DNA of 64,000 bases from a virus, in IMG/VR virus record IMGVR_UViG_3300021964_007043; one strand, 5' to 3'. This document shows positions 55,286 to 63,840 of the stretch, piece after piece. The number at the start of each line of letters is the position of its first letter. Position 1 is the first letter of the stretch. The notes beneath the pieces are model-generated. The model saw only the letters and a program-made list of their open reading frames with translations, was not told the DNA's origin and did no database searches. Made by a program: the position numbers and the translations under genes.

Positions 55286-55452
55286 ACATTACTCTCCTTT
55301 TTTGGTCTGCCAGCCTTTTTCTTTTTGCCCCAAAGGGACCTAATCTCGTTTGCGTCTGTGCGAGCATTTGGTGCTAACACTGTGACTTTGTTCTTGCTTA
55401 ACCATTCGTCGATTAACCTTTGATCTTCTGCTGTTCTTTCGGGTCTAGCCAT
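55282..55452 (-). CDS. Small basic protein (56 aa; absent from the ORF track)
   Basis: MARPERTAEDQRLIDEWLSKNKVT...; AGGAG RBS. Confidence 0.6.
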   Translation of the reverse strand: MARPERTAEDQRLIDEWLSKNKVTVLAPNARTDANEIRSLWGKKKKAGRPKKESNV

Positions 55453-55579
55453 TTTCTTTCTCCTTAATAATAAAGTGTACTTTAGCTACATTGCCTTTTT
55501 CTTTCTTGATGTAAAACTCTAAACCAGCATCAATAAAGATTCTTCTAAGTTCGTTAATAGTAGGATCTTGGTTAAGCAC
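55445..55579 (-). CDS. Small hypothetical protein (44 aa; absent from the ORF track)
   Basis: GTG start; NQDPTINELRRIFIDAGLEFYIKKE...; fills the operon gap. Confidence 0.5.
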   Translation of the reverse strand: MLNQDPTINELRRIFIDAGLEFYIKKEKGNVAKVHFIIKEKENG

Positions 55580-55991
55580 TATTTTGTCTTTCTGCTACAC
55601 GCTTCCTCAACCCACTTGAGCTAAAGCGATGGTCTCGTTTATTGAAGTATAGATCAATATCACGTCTACGGCAAATATCTTTGCCTGTGAAGTCTTTATC
55701 TCTATACTCCTCTCCCAGTATTCTAACATCAATATGATACATTGTTAAAATATCTTCTAGATCCTGTTCTGTACCATATGGAACTATCTCGTCTACATAA
55801 CCTACTGCTTTTAGTTGTGTATAACGTTCAACAATAGTTTGTATAGGAGCGTTTTTTTCTGCTCTATCTTGACTAGGGTCTACTTGTAGTCCGCAGATCA
55901 AATATTCACACTGCTCTTTTGCTTCACGTAACATTTGTACGTGCCCTGCATGCAATAAATCAAATGTTGAACAGGTAAAACCTACTTTCAT
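55572..55991 (-). CDS. Cytidylyltransferase (TagD/glycerol-3-phosphate CTase-like)
   Basis: FDLLHAGH (HxGH), L.CGL, ER...L.A..YVDE, G.EY, SSS..R. Confidence 0.9.
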   Translation of the reverse strand: MKVGFTCSTFDLLHAGHVQMLREAKEQCEYLICGLQVDPSQDRAEKNAPIQTIVERYTQLKAVGYVDEIVPYGTEQDLEDILTMYHIDVRILGEEYRDKDFTGKDICRRRDIDLYFNKRDHRFSSSGLRKRVAERQNSA

Positions 55992-56010
55992 TCTCTATAC
56001 TCCTAATATT

Positions 56011-56039
56011 ATAATACAGTATTTAGGTTAGTTTGTCAA
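56011..56039 (-). promoter_or_regulatory. Composite sigma70 plus late promoter
   Basis: TTGACA (56039-34), N17, TATTAT (56016-11), with TAAATA at 56025-20. Confidence 0.55.
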
Positions 56040-56053
56040 CCGATAAATACTTT

Positions 56054-56476
56054 ATGAACGATGCTTTTACTAATGCCTTCTTTGGTATAGTTAGAGAAGC
56101 TCAGGAAACATCGGGCTATGAGTTGCCGGTGCATCTTGAGCATTATGTTGTTATGGTACTTGCAGTACACATAGATAAACCTAACTGGCATCCTGAAAAC
56201 TCTTTTGCAGAAGCATATTTAAAAATCAACAATAGATCAAATGCAAAAGAACTTGGTGATACTTGCCTTTTTGTTTCTGGTGTGTTTCCGTCTTTTGGAT
56301 CTAACAAAGGACTTCCTAGATCATATTTCCAAAACATAGGTAAAACCTCTTACAGCCAAGTTACAGGTGAGCTTTTTAACGACCTATCAAACCATTTCGA
56401 GTTTCTTAGTGATTTTATTAATATCAGTTTACATTCAAAAAAGATAACTAATCTCCAAAGTCAAACAAACTGTTAA
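56054..56476 (+). CDS. Hypothetical protein, lone plus-strand gene
   Basis: ATAAATA at 56043-49, then ATG 56054. Motif LGD.CLF.SG.FP...YF..IG..SY. Confidence 0.7.
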   Translation: MNDAFTNAFFGIVREAQETSGYELPVHLEHYVVMVLAVHIDKPNWHPENSFAEAYLKINNRSNAKELGDTCLFVSGVFPSFGSNKGLPRSYFQNIGKTSYSQVTGELFNDLSNHFEFLSDFINISLHSKKITNLQSQTNC

Positions 56477-59117
56477 ATGTATTATGTTGTTTTGTATCCT
56501 CTAATGGATAGTCAAGCACACCGATTAAGTTGTCTAACTTATTATCAATAATAGTTTCAGCCATAGCTGCATCGTCAAATGGCAGTTCTTTAAACCACTC
56601 TGGCAACCGCAACTCATCTGTCGGATATGCAACACTTGTATAGCCCAGCGGATTCTGCTTGAGCTTGCAAACAATAACTTTCATACCGTCTACAATCTCT
56701 TGCGAGTACTTGTCACCATTCATACGTTTTAGTGTGTTCCAGTTAATGCTTGCTCTTACATGTCCAGGCATATTTGCTTTACCTTGTTTCTGCTCAAGAC
56801 GCTGATAGTGTCCAATCTTGTTTGCACGTTTAGGCGAACCTTTTTCATGTCCTGGACGTTCTTCAAACTCTTTACGGAACTCTGTAATACGTTCTAATAC
56901 TTGTTCTTGAGGCTTGTCAGTAAGAACCATAAGTAATAGTTCACTTAGAAACTCTTGCATGAACACAGGTGTGTCTGATCTACGCAAGTCCAAGCCCATT
57001 GCTTTTACTTTGCCTGGCTTGCCATCTGTGTCTGCTCTAAAGCCTTCTAAGTCGATAACAAGAGCCGCATAACGCTTCTTAGTAATATACAAACCTGACT
57101 GTGCAACAATCTCTCTACCTGCCGCAATAACATCTGAACGACTCTTTGGACAGTGAAATGCTTTTGCCATAAAGTCTGTAAATGTTGTATTTGCTTGTTC
57201 TGCTACTTGGTCATAAAGTGTAATACACTTGTCAATGTTCCAATCAAGACGTCCTGCTTCTACATCATCTTTAAGCACAGGCCACGCACTAAAGTACACA
57301 GAGTCAGTGTCGCCATAGATAACACTTTTACCTACGTGATCATATTCGCCTGTGATAACTTTGTTTACTTCTGCACTCATATGCTTAACAATCTGTCTAC
57401 CAGTAAGTGTAGTTGACTGTCCTATACGTTTGTCAAAAAATCTGCAACCAGGATTAAGAATGGCCCCATAAAGAGAGTTAAGATTAATCTTTTTAACAAG
57501 TTGTCGTTTGTCCCAAAATGCAATCTCCGCTTCATTGCCAGCGTCTTTTGCCTTCTTGAGCATCTTCTGTAGATCTTTTCGTTCTGCATACCACCTCTTT
57601 AGAATACCAGGAATAACTCCTTCAAACTCTGTTGTAAATATTGTGCCGTTTGCACTTAGCATCCATGGCATATTACTGTCGAATATAAGTTGATGAATCT
57701 CTGCACCACTTAGTACATCTGAACGTCCATCTTCCCAGTCGATAGTTAGTGCAACGTCTTTGCGCTTTTCCATAACCATATCGTATTCTTCAACATTGAA
57801 ACGTCCTTCCCAACTGCCTGCAAAGCTCTTTTTCTTCAGCGTCATATCTTCGTGTACACGGGCATCTGAAATCTCAGGACGAAGTTGTCCTACAATAGTT
57901 TCTGGAGCCATGTTGAGCGCACGAATCACCGACGGATACAGTGAGTTCAAGTCCATTGAACCAATATACTTGTGTAAGCCTTTTTTCGGAAATGCAACAT
58001 AAGCACCTGCGGCTTGTGTATTTTCGTCATCACGTCTTGGACGATTAGGAACTTGTAGTCCTCTATGATGTGCTTCGTTAATAATAGCTTGCTCTGTAAC
58101 AGCAACAGCACCCATAGTGGTCTGTAGCAAAACCGTATTTGCATGAGCCAGCTCATTACTTAGGTCAATAAATCTTAGTTTTTTGTCCAGCTTGTCCAGT
58201 AGTGCGGTATCTTGTATGTTGTATTCGATGAACTTTCTAAAGTCATTGTTGTACAACTGGTCCAAAGTGCCTTCATAAGGAACTTTATTCTCCCCAACTT
58301 CGATTTCGCCAATGGCATCAAGTCTATATGTATGTCTTTCTTCATATGTGTATTTACGATATAATTCCAAACTATCTAAATGCACTCTGCCTATTAGGTC
58401 AAAGGTAACAGCTGATTTGCCATACTTTTCATATTCACGTTTCTTAGGAAGTTGTCCCCACAAACAAAAACGTCTTGTGTCATCTTTGCTTAGTACACGA
58501 CTTGTTCTATTTACAGTATACGGAATATCATAACCTTCACTGTTCCAACCTGATAGTATATCAGCATCTTCAATCAGTGTCAAGAAAGTGTCAATCATGT
58601 CACTTTCTTTTTCAAACAGCATTACATTTTCAATGCCTTCAAGTTCTTTTTTAGCTTCGTCCATTGTAAGTGTCTTAGGTGGAACTGCTAAACAAATCAT
58701 TGTCTCCATCCATTGCAAGTATACCGAGATACTTGTAATAGGCATAAAGGGATCTGCTGGATCAGCAAATCCACGTTCTGGATCAAAGTCTGTTTCAATA
58801 TCGAAGAACGCAATGTTTAGTTTAGGTGCGTCTTGATTGAGATAGTTTTCACTTAGACATTGGAATATTGGATTGATATCGCTTTCAAACAAGTTTTTGC
58901 CTTTGTTAATAGCAACTTCTTTGCGAAAGTCTTTTGTGTTTTTACATACGACACGAGTCAAAGGATCTCCGTACACACTTTTGTACTTGCCTCTCGGGTC
59001 TTCGTAGTAAAACGTATATTTTGCTTGGTATTCGTGGAAATGTCGCTTTCCATCTCTGCGTTCGACTACTCGAATAATATCTTGATCACGATCAAAGAAT
59101 GCGTCTACGTAACTCAA
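56448..59117 (-). CDS. polB: Family B DNA polymerase
   Basis: Exo motifs FFDIET, GWNSEGYD and YNIQD; pol motifs DLNSLYPS, K..LNSLYG and YGDTDS. TTG start with AGGAG RBS. Confidence 0.97.
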   Translation of the reverse strand: MSYVDAFFDRDQDIIRVVERRDGKRHFHEYQAKYTFYYEDPRGKYKSVYGDPLTRVVCKNTKDFRKEVAINKGKNLFESDINPIFQCLSENYLNQDAPKLNIAFFDIETDFDPERGFADPADPFMPITSISVYLQWMETMICLAVPPKTLTMDEAKKELEGIENVMLFEKESDMIDTFLTLIEDADILSGWNSEGYDIPYTVNRTSRVLSKDDTRRFCLWGQLPKKREYEKYGKSAVTFDLIGRVHLDSLELYRKYTYEERHTYRLDAIGEIEVGENKVPYEGTLDQLYNNDFRKFIEYNIQDTALLDKLDKKLRFIDLSNELAHANTVLLQTTMGAVAVTEQAIINEAHHRGLQVPNRPRRDDENTQAAGAYVAFPKKGLHKYIGSMDLNSLYPSVIRALNMAPETIVGQLRPEISDARVHEDMTLKKKSFAGSWEGRFNVEEYDMVMEKRKDVALTIDWEDGRSDVLSGAEIHQLIFDSNMPWMLSANGTIFTTEFEGVIPGILKRWYAERKDLQKMLKKAKDAGNEAEIAFWDKRQLVKKINLNSLYGAILNPGCRFFDKRIGQSTTLTGRQIVKHMSAEVNKVITGEYDHVGKSVIYGDTDSVYFSAWPVLKDDVEAGRLDWNIDKCITLYDQVAEQANTTFTDFMAKAFHCPKSRSDVIAAGREIVAQSGLYITKKRYAALVIDLEGFRADTDGKPGKVKAMGLDLRRSDTPVFMQEFLSELLLMVLTDKPQEQVLERITEFRKEFEERPGHEKGSPKRANKIGHYQRLEQKQGKANMPGHVRASINWNTLKRMNGDKYSQEIVDGMKVIVCKLKQNPLGYTSVAYPTDELRLPEWFKELPFDDAAMAETIIDNKLDNLIGVLDYPLEDTKQHNTFNSLFDFGD

Positions 59118-59180
59118 ATGTTTCTCCTACGTTGCTTGTGGCCAACTTAACCTTCTACATGCCTATGCGGCGTTATTATT

Positions 59181-59209
59181 AATATAACATCATTTGTTAA
59201 TAATGTCAA
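59181..59209 (-). promoter_or_regulatory. Sigma70-type promoter of the DNA polymerase gene
   Basis: TTGACA (59209-04), N17, TGn-TATATT (59186-81). Confidence 0.6.
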
Positions 59210-59765
59210 GTATTTGTTTATATACAATCTGGTTGCCTTGTTCTGTGTAATGATTTACTGTGCCTTTGTGTTGTTGCCAAACAGTACTAAAACTAATATT
59301 ATTATGTTCTATTGCATACTTTGTACTTATTGGCAGATGTGTTATGCTAATGTATTTAGATTTTCCAAGTATTTTTCTTATCTCTTTACGGATAAGCAAG
59401 TAAATATCTGTTTGATAATCTTCGTCATAATGATATTTGAACCAATCTTTAGCACCACGTAAACTAGGATTAAACCAACTGTTTCTATCAACAATATCAT
59501 TGTATATCAAGTCACAGTCTGCGTGTAGTCCGCTTTCGTGTATTGGATGTTTACGTGTATGTACTCTTGTTGGACTAGTGTGGCTTACAATAATCTTATC
59601 AAAATCGTCAAGATTAGCATTTTGTATTTGTCTAAGTATTTTGTATTCGCTTATACCTGCTTGGGCTACGTTTTTTACAGTGTGTTGTTGTGCGAGAAGT
59701 TCTGGCCAACCGCCAGCTTCTGGCCACTTTGCTGCAAAACTGTCGCCAGCAAGTAGTATATTCAA
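59190..59765 (-). CDS. SGNH/GDSL hydrolase-like protein
   Basis: LAGDSFAA, NVAQAG.S, C-terminal NHY..QGN. Start TTG 59765 overlaps the upstream TGA. Confidence 0.6.
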   Translation of the reverse strand: MNILLAGDSFAAKWPEAGGWPELLAQQHTVKNVAQAGISEYKILRQIQNANLDDFDKIIVSHTSPTRVHTRKHPIHESGLHADCDLIYNDIVDRNSWFNPSLRGAKDWFKYHYDEDYQTDIYLLIRKEIRKILGKSKYISITHLPISTKYAIEHNNISFSTVWQQHKGTVNHYTEQGNQIVYKQILDIINK

Positions 59766-59980
59766 AATAACAGCCCTGCTACATAGATTACAGTTAGTCC
59801 AGCATTCATTACAATAAGACTTTTTTCTTTCCACAGAATACCTACAAGTATCCATAGACTATTACTAATAATGAATGCCCAAATGTACAAAGGGTAAACA
59901 TTAAATGCGGCTAAAGTGGCCGCTGTTAACAAACATGCTGTACTAAGCCATGCTAACCATTGATAGGGTTTTACCACCAT
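59762..59980 (-). CDS. Small 3-TM membrane protein
   Basis: Start MVVKPYQW at 59980; three hydrophobic segments. Confidence 0.7.
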   Translation of the reverse strand: MVVKPYQWLAWLSTACLLTAATLAAFNVYPLYIWAFIISNSLWILVGILWKEKSLIVMNAGLTVIYVAGLLF

Positions 59981-60252
59981 CCTGCTGCCACTCCAAATCC
60001 GAATACATTTATACAAGCAAAATATGATGTGAGGAGCATAATCCATGCTGCTCCTCTACGCCAACTTGCATATACTTGTGTTACACTTCCTACAAAGAAT
60101 CCTGGATAAACAACAAGCATATTTGGATCATCTGCATTTATAGCAAGAGTCATGCTTGCGCCTACAGTAAATATAAAACTGATTAGTTCAAAACAAAATG
60201 CAGTTTTATCACTACGATAGCTGTTTACCCAAAAGTCTTTTACTTTTTGCAT
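59971..60252 (-). CDS. Small 3-TM membrane protein
   Basis: Three hydrophobic segments; coupled ORF. Confidence 0.7.
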   Translation of the reverse strand: MQKVKDFWVNSYRSDKTAFCFELISFIFTVGASMTLAINADDPNMLVVYPGFFVGSVTQVYASWRRGAAWIMLLTSYFACINVFGFGVAAGWW

Positions 60253-60512
60253 TATTTGTCATAGCCTAGTGTTGCTATAAGTGTTTCTAAATCTTCGTGT
60301 GCGTCAGCGTGTGTGTCCCAATCACGATTCTTTGCGATCTTAATCGCTTTGTTAATAAGTGCTGGTTTAATATCAAGCTCTTCGGCAACTGCTTTTACAG
60401 TTTCTTTAAGACCTGTTTGCAGATCTTCAACTTCCTGCATAACAGTTACACCTTCACGTACTAGACGTTCTAGTTTTGCTTTTTCTTCAGCACCATAGGT
60501 ACGGTCACTCAT
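60252..60512 (-). CDS. dsDNA-binding protein, T4 DsbA/GapR-like
   Basis: KL.RLV.E...EVEDL...LKE.V.....ELDIKP.L.NK.I helical pattern. GGAGG RBS. Confidence 0.6.
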   Translation of the reverse strand: MSDRTYGAEEKAKLERLVREGVTVMQEVEDLQTGLKETVKAVAEELDIKPALINKAIKIAKNRDWDTHADAHEDLETLIATLGYDK

Positions 60513-60537
60513 GTATTACCTCCGTTAAGTTACATTA

Positions 60538-60566
60538 AGTATATGATATATTTAGGTATTTGTCAA
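60538..60566 (-). promoter_or_regulatory. Composite sigma70 plus late promoter
   Basis: TTGACA, N17, TATACT, with internal TAAATA. 26/27 nt identical to 45144-45170. Confidence 0.7.
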
Positions 60567-61201
60567 GTAGAAAATACTTTTTTGTTGTCAAAAGCACGAT
60601 GCCAGCCAAAGAACTGTGCTTTATAGTCCGAATGATCGTCTGAAGAAAGGTTGATCCATTCGTCTTTGCGTTGCCATAAACGCATTGCTCCATCATACCA
60701 ATCTGTTGAATCAATAATGTATTCAAGTTTTGCCTTTGCTTGCTCTGCTTCGTTAATATCATCAAAGTCTTGTTCTATATGTATCACTTCCATAACAATA
60801 TCGTGTGTTACATAATCAAGACTAAAGTCTATACCCCACTTGGGTTTGATATTTAACAGTTTTTGTAAGATTGGTCTGTTTTTTGAAACTTCTATGATTT
60901 GTTCTCTTGCTTCACCTGCGAACGCATAACGTGTTAATAGCATACAATGATCTAGCACAAGCCCGTGTTCACTTTGTTCTACGTCTGTATACCATTCTTG
61001 TACAGGTGCAATATGGTATTGTATTTCTCTATTAAGATTAATATTGTTTGCTTCGTAGTGTAACCACTCTAAAGGAGTCGGAACTTCATATCCGTCCTTA
61101 TCAAAGTCTTTAAATGGAAGATTTTCTACTTGATGTCGTGCTATTGGTTTGCGTAAGTAAGGGTCTGGATTGAACTTAGGATATAAGTCCTGAAGTCTCA
61201 T
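60563..61201 (-). CDS. Hypothetical phage protein
   Basis: 212-aa intact ORF, ATGA-coupled. Confidence 0.75.
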   Translation of the reverse strand: MRLQDLYPKFNPDPYLRKPIARHQVENLPFKDFDKDGYEVPTPLEWLHYEANNINLNREIQYHIAPVQEWYTDVEQSEHGLVLDHCMLLTRYAFAGEAREQIIEVSKNRPILQKLLNIKPKWGIDFSLDYVTHDIVMEVIHIEQDFDDINEAEQAKAKLEYIIDSTDWYDGAMRLWQRKDEWINLSSDDHSDYKAQFFGWHRAFDNKKVFST

Positions 61202-62754
61202 CCTATCTCTTTCGCTCCCATTCGATCTAACGCACGATCTATTTGCACAGCAAGTTTAAAGTCAAGTGTTGTAAGACCTTTTGTGTCGTGTGTGTATACA
61301 ACAAGCTCTGCTTCATTGTAAAAGAACTTAATATTTGCAAAATGATCTAGTTCAATCTGTGGTTTTTCGATAACCATTAAGAAACGTAGTACAGTGTTGT
61401 AGTCGTCAAAGGCTACTTTTTTATAAAGATACTTGCCTTTACGTATTTCCCAGTCTTTGGCATACTGTTTGCGTAGTTCTTCAGCTTCCATACCATCTAC
61501 TTTAGTATAAGATTCGTCCATACCTTCGCCCATACCTACCATTTTTTTAATCTTACTAAATGCTTTTCCTGGTAAATCAAGCACGTTAGAATCTTTTCTT
61601 ATAATATCTGCAAGATCTTTGATTCGTTTACCTTTTGCGCCACCGTACTCAACACCTTTTCTATGTATTTCGTCAGCAAACTTTTCTTTATCAACACGGC
61701 CTCTTACTAACTCAGCCACTTGATCTACATTAGCGTTACCACTTACATATTGTTTATATGTGTAATAAAACTCTCTGTTTTTCATCATGTCGTTAAACGA
61801 CATTTTGCTTTCGTCTATCTTGCCTTTGTGCTTAACTTTGCCCATCTTAGCATCACGCTTTTTGTCTTTGTGCGCACCCATTGCACCACTTCTGCGCAAG
61901 TCATTCATTGCTTGTGCATTTGGATCACGTGGTTTAATCTGTGGCTTTTGCTTGTACGCTTCTAGAGCTTGTAACAGTTGGTCTTTTAGTGTACCTGTAC
62001 CTGCTTCAGCATCATCTAGTGTAAATGTTTTACCATTTACTTTTTGTATTTGTTCTCTACTAATAGCATAAGTTGCACCACGTAGTTGTAGCTGTATCTG
62101 TGGACGACCTTTACCGTCTTTTGTTCCTTTTAAAAGTTTAACAACTGGAACATCTTCTCGTGTTTGTCCTTTTTTGTTTGCGTAAGTGACTAAGTCTCCT
62201 ACTTTTAGTGTATAACCTTCTTTACTTGTAGGCCACGGACTTGGAGTAGGTTTTGGAGTTGGTCCTGGTGTTGGTCCTGGTGCTGGCTTTTCACCTTTTT
62301 TAGGTGGAGTTTTTGGTTCGTCTTTCTTTTTACCATCATCGTCAGTACTAGTACCTAACCACGGATCAACTTTATTATAGTTTTTAAATGCTGCTTTGAA
62401 TCCTTGAGGTTCAAAACCTGTTGAGGTTTCTGCTTCGCCTACAAGTTTATCTTTTAATGGATGCTTTGTACGTCCAGGTTCTGCTTTTGGCATAGGGTCT
62501 TTGCCTTTTGCTTGTCCTGCACTACCCATCTTTTGTTTTTCATCTAGTCTTACACCTGCAAGTGCTGTAAGTCCTGCTAGATCTAAATCAATAGGCATAC
62601 TGCCTTTTGGAACTTCTGTACTTTCTGTTACATAATCTACTTTTGGCGTATCTACAACTGCTCCTTGTGCTTGTGCTATAAGTGCTTGTTTGTCAGCTGC
62701 AAGATCGCTTGGATCTAGTGCAAAAAGTTTATGTTGTAGTGCGTTAAAGTCCAT
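61198..62754 (-). CDS. Internal-head/prohead-core-like multidomain protein with C-terminal pterin-4a-carbinolamine dehydratase-like domain
   Basis: Lys/Glu-rich low-complexity segments, a PGPT linker and xxE boundaries. C-terminus W.....LYK...F..Y.....F...ELDHFA.I...YN......THD..GLT.LD..LA..ID. Confidence 0.6.
   Translation of the reverse strand: MDFNALQHKLFALDPSDLAADKQALIAQAQGAVVDTPKVDYVTESTEVPKGSMPIDLDLAGLTALAGVRLDEKQKMGSAGQAKGKDPMPKAEPGRTKHPLKDKLVGEAETSTGFEPQGFKAAFKNYNKVDPWLGTSTDDDGKKKDEPKTPPKKGEKPAPGPTPGPTPKPTPSPWPTSKEGYTLKVGDLVTYANKKGQTREDVPVVKLLKGTKDGKGRPQIQLQLRGATYAISREQIQKVNGKTFTLDDAEAGTGTLKDQLLQALEAYKQKPQIKPRDPNAQAMNDLRRSGAMGAHKDKKRDAKMGKVKHKGKIDESKMSFNDMMKNREFYYTYKQYVSGNANVDQVAELVRGRVDKEKFADEIHRKGVEYGGAKGKRIKDLADIIRKDSNVLDLPGKAFSKIKKMVGMGEGMDESYTKVDGMEAEELRKQYAKDWEIRKGKYLYKKVAFDDYNTVLRFLMVIEKPQIELDHFANIKFFYNEAELVVYTHDTKGLTTLDFKLAVQIDRALDRMGAKEIG
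62259..62282. repeat. 12-nt tandem repeat x2 (TTGGTCCTGGTG) encoding the Pro-Gly-Thr linker
   Basis: Direct reading; encodes part of PAPGPTPGPTP. Confidence 0.8.
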
Positions 62755-63052
62755 TACTTTTTTTCCTTAACAATAGTGTAAGTTTCTTTTCTAGTTCTTC
62801 TACTTTATCTTCTAGTTTTTTGATTCTGCTAATATGTTCATCGTCATTAGTATCACTGTCTTTATCAACGTTAGTTACATGGCGTAGAAGTGCTGCAAGG
62901 TCGTTTGGAGCATTTGGATACTGTGCCTTAATACGAGTTAATGCTCGCATTGTACGACTGTCAAAGCCTTTTAAATCTCCGTCTTTGTCGTCTTCTTTGC
63001 GTTCTTCTATTTCTGCAATCTTTTGCATAAGTGCTTTAAATGACTCTGACAT
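62744..63052 (-). CDS. Hypothetical charged protein (internal-head-like)
   Basis: 102 aa with a coiled-coil C-terminus. GGAG RBS. Confidence 0.65.
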   Translation of the reverse strand: MSESFKALMQKIAEIEERKEDDKDGDLKGFDSRTMRALTRIKAQYPNAPNDLAALLRHVTNVDKDSDTNDDEHISRIKKLEDKVEELEKKLTLLLRKKSNGL

Positions 63053-63055
63053 GTG

Positions 63056-63805
63056 TTACTCCGTCTTTGCTGTAATCTTTTGAGATTTTATTTTATCTGC
63101 TTTGATTTGTTTTGGTGTAATCTTAGTTGCCTCTTTAGCCATTTTGGTAGCAGTTGCATACATAACTGCTTCTGCATCTTTGCCGTAGCGATCTTTAAAG
63201 TCGCCTTTGGCTTTTTTCATGCCTTTGACGTACTTTTCTTTGTCTTTTTCTTCGCCTTTGGAAAGACTGCGTTCAGCTACCTTTTTTTTTGATTCGAGTT
63301 TTGCTGCTAGTCTATCTGATAAGTCACTGTGGTCACGGAGTTTCTTTTTGCTACGCTTGCCACTTGCTTTTGCTGCATGAATAGCTTTACGTTGTGCATC
63401 TGATTTGAACTTGCCTTCAGCAGTTACTTCTTTAATCATATTGCCACAGCACTCACACTTTTGACCTACTTCGTCTAGTGTGTGCTTACCTTTGCAGTGT
63501 GAACAGCTATTTTCATCGCATCCGCAACTTGCTTCTTTTACTGCGCTTTCACCTAGTTCGCCTGTTGCTTCTTCGTAATCAAGATGGTGATAAACACTGC
63601 CAATGTAATCAGCTGCTTTTGTGATTTTTGATTGTACCCAACCTTCTAGTCCTGCTTCTTCAGGTACTTGCTTGAGCATATCGTGTAACTTGATAGCATA
63701 CTTTGCTAGTTTGTATAGGTCAGCACGAGCCATTTGTACTTCATGGTCTTTTTCTGCTTTATGAGCTAGATCGCCTAAACCTTCTTTTAAATCTTTTTCT
63801 CTCAT
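63056..63805 (-). CDS. Prohead-core/internal-head-like protein with a Cys-rich insert
   Basis: LKE|G... architecture, a helical domain LYKLAKYAIKLHDML...WVQSKIT.A.DY, and a CGC...CSHC...CECC insert. Late box upstream. Confidence 0.55.
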   Translation of the reverse strand: MREKDLKEGLGDLAHKAEKDHEVQMARADLYKLAKYAIKLHDMLKQVPEEAGLEGWVQSKITKAADYIGSVYHHLDYEEATGELGESAVKEASCGCDENSCSHCKGKHTLDEVGQKCECCGNMIKEVTAEGKFKSDAQRKAIHAAKASGKRSKKKLRDHSDLSDRLAAKLESKKKVAERSLSKGEEKDKEKYVKGMKKAKGDFKDRYGKDAEAVMYATATKMAKEATKITPKQIKADKIKSQKITAKTE

Positions 63806-63833
63806 TGATTACTCCGTAATGCGCATTATATAG

Positions 63834-63840
63834 TATTTAT
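63834..63840 (-). promoter_or_regulatory. Late promoter box ATAAATA
   Basis: Overlaps the stop of the upstream ORF; followed by a GGAG RBS. Confidence 0.6.

Noticed and set aside
1375-56476. Short convergent 3' overlaps (1375/1383, 16927/16930, 25392/25404, 56448/56476) as a special mechanism
   Set aside because: Such overlaps are common in compact phage genomes, and there is no further evidence of function.
52796-59117. Eukaryotic giant-virus or cellular origin suggested by PolB, PMM-like, MBD4-like and GTDC1-like genes
   Set aside because: SD sequences, sigma70 promoters, TAAATA late boxes, coupled operons and tail/prohead-like genes indicate a bacteriophage.
356-63292. Many 60-130 aa antisense or nested ORFs in the track (e.g. 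30496..31035, 35347..35748, 59437..59817)
   Set aside because: They lie wholly inside motif-bearing genes on the other strand or frame and show no RBS or recognisable motif.
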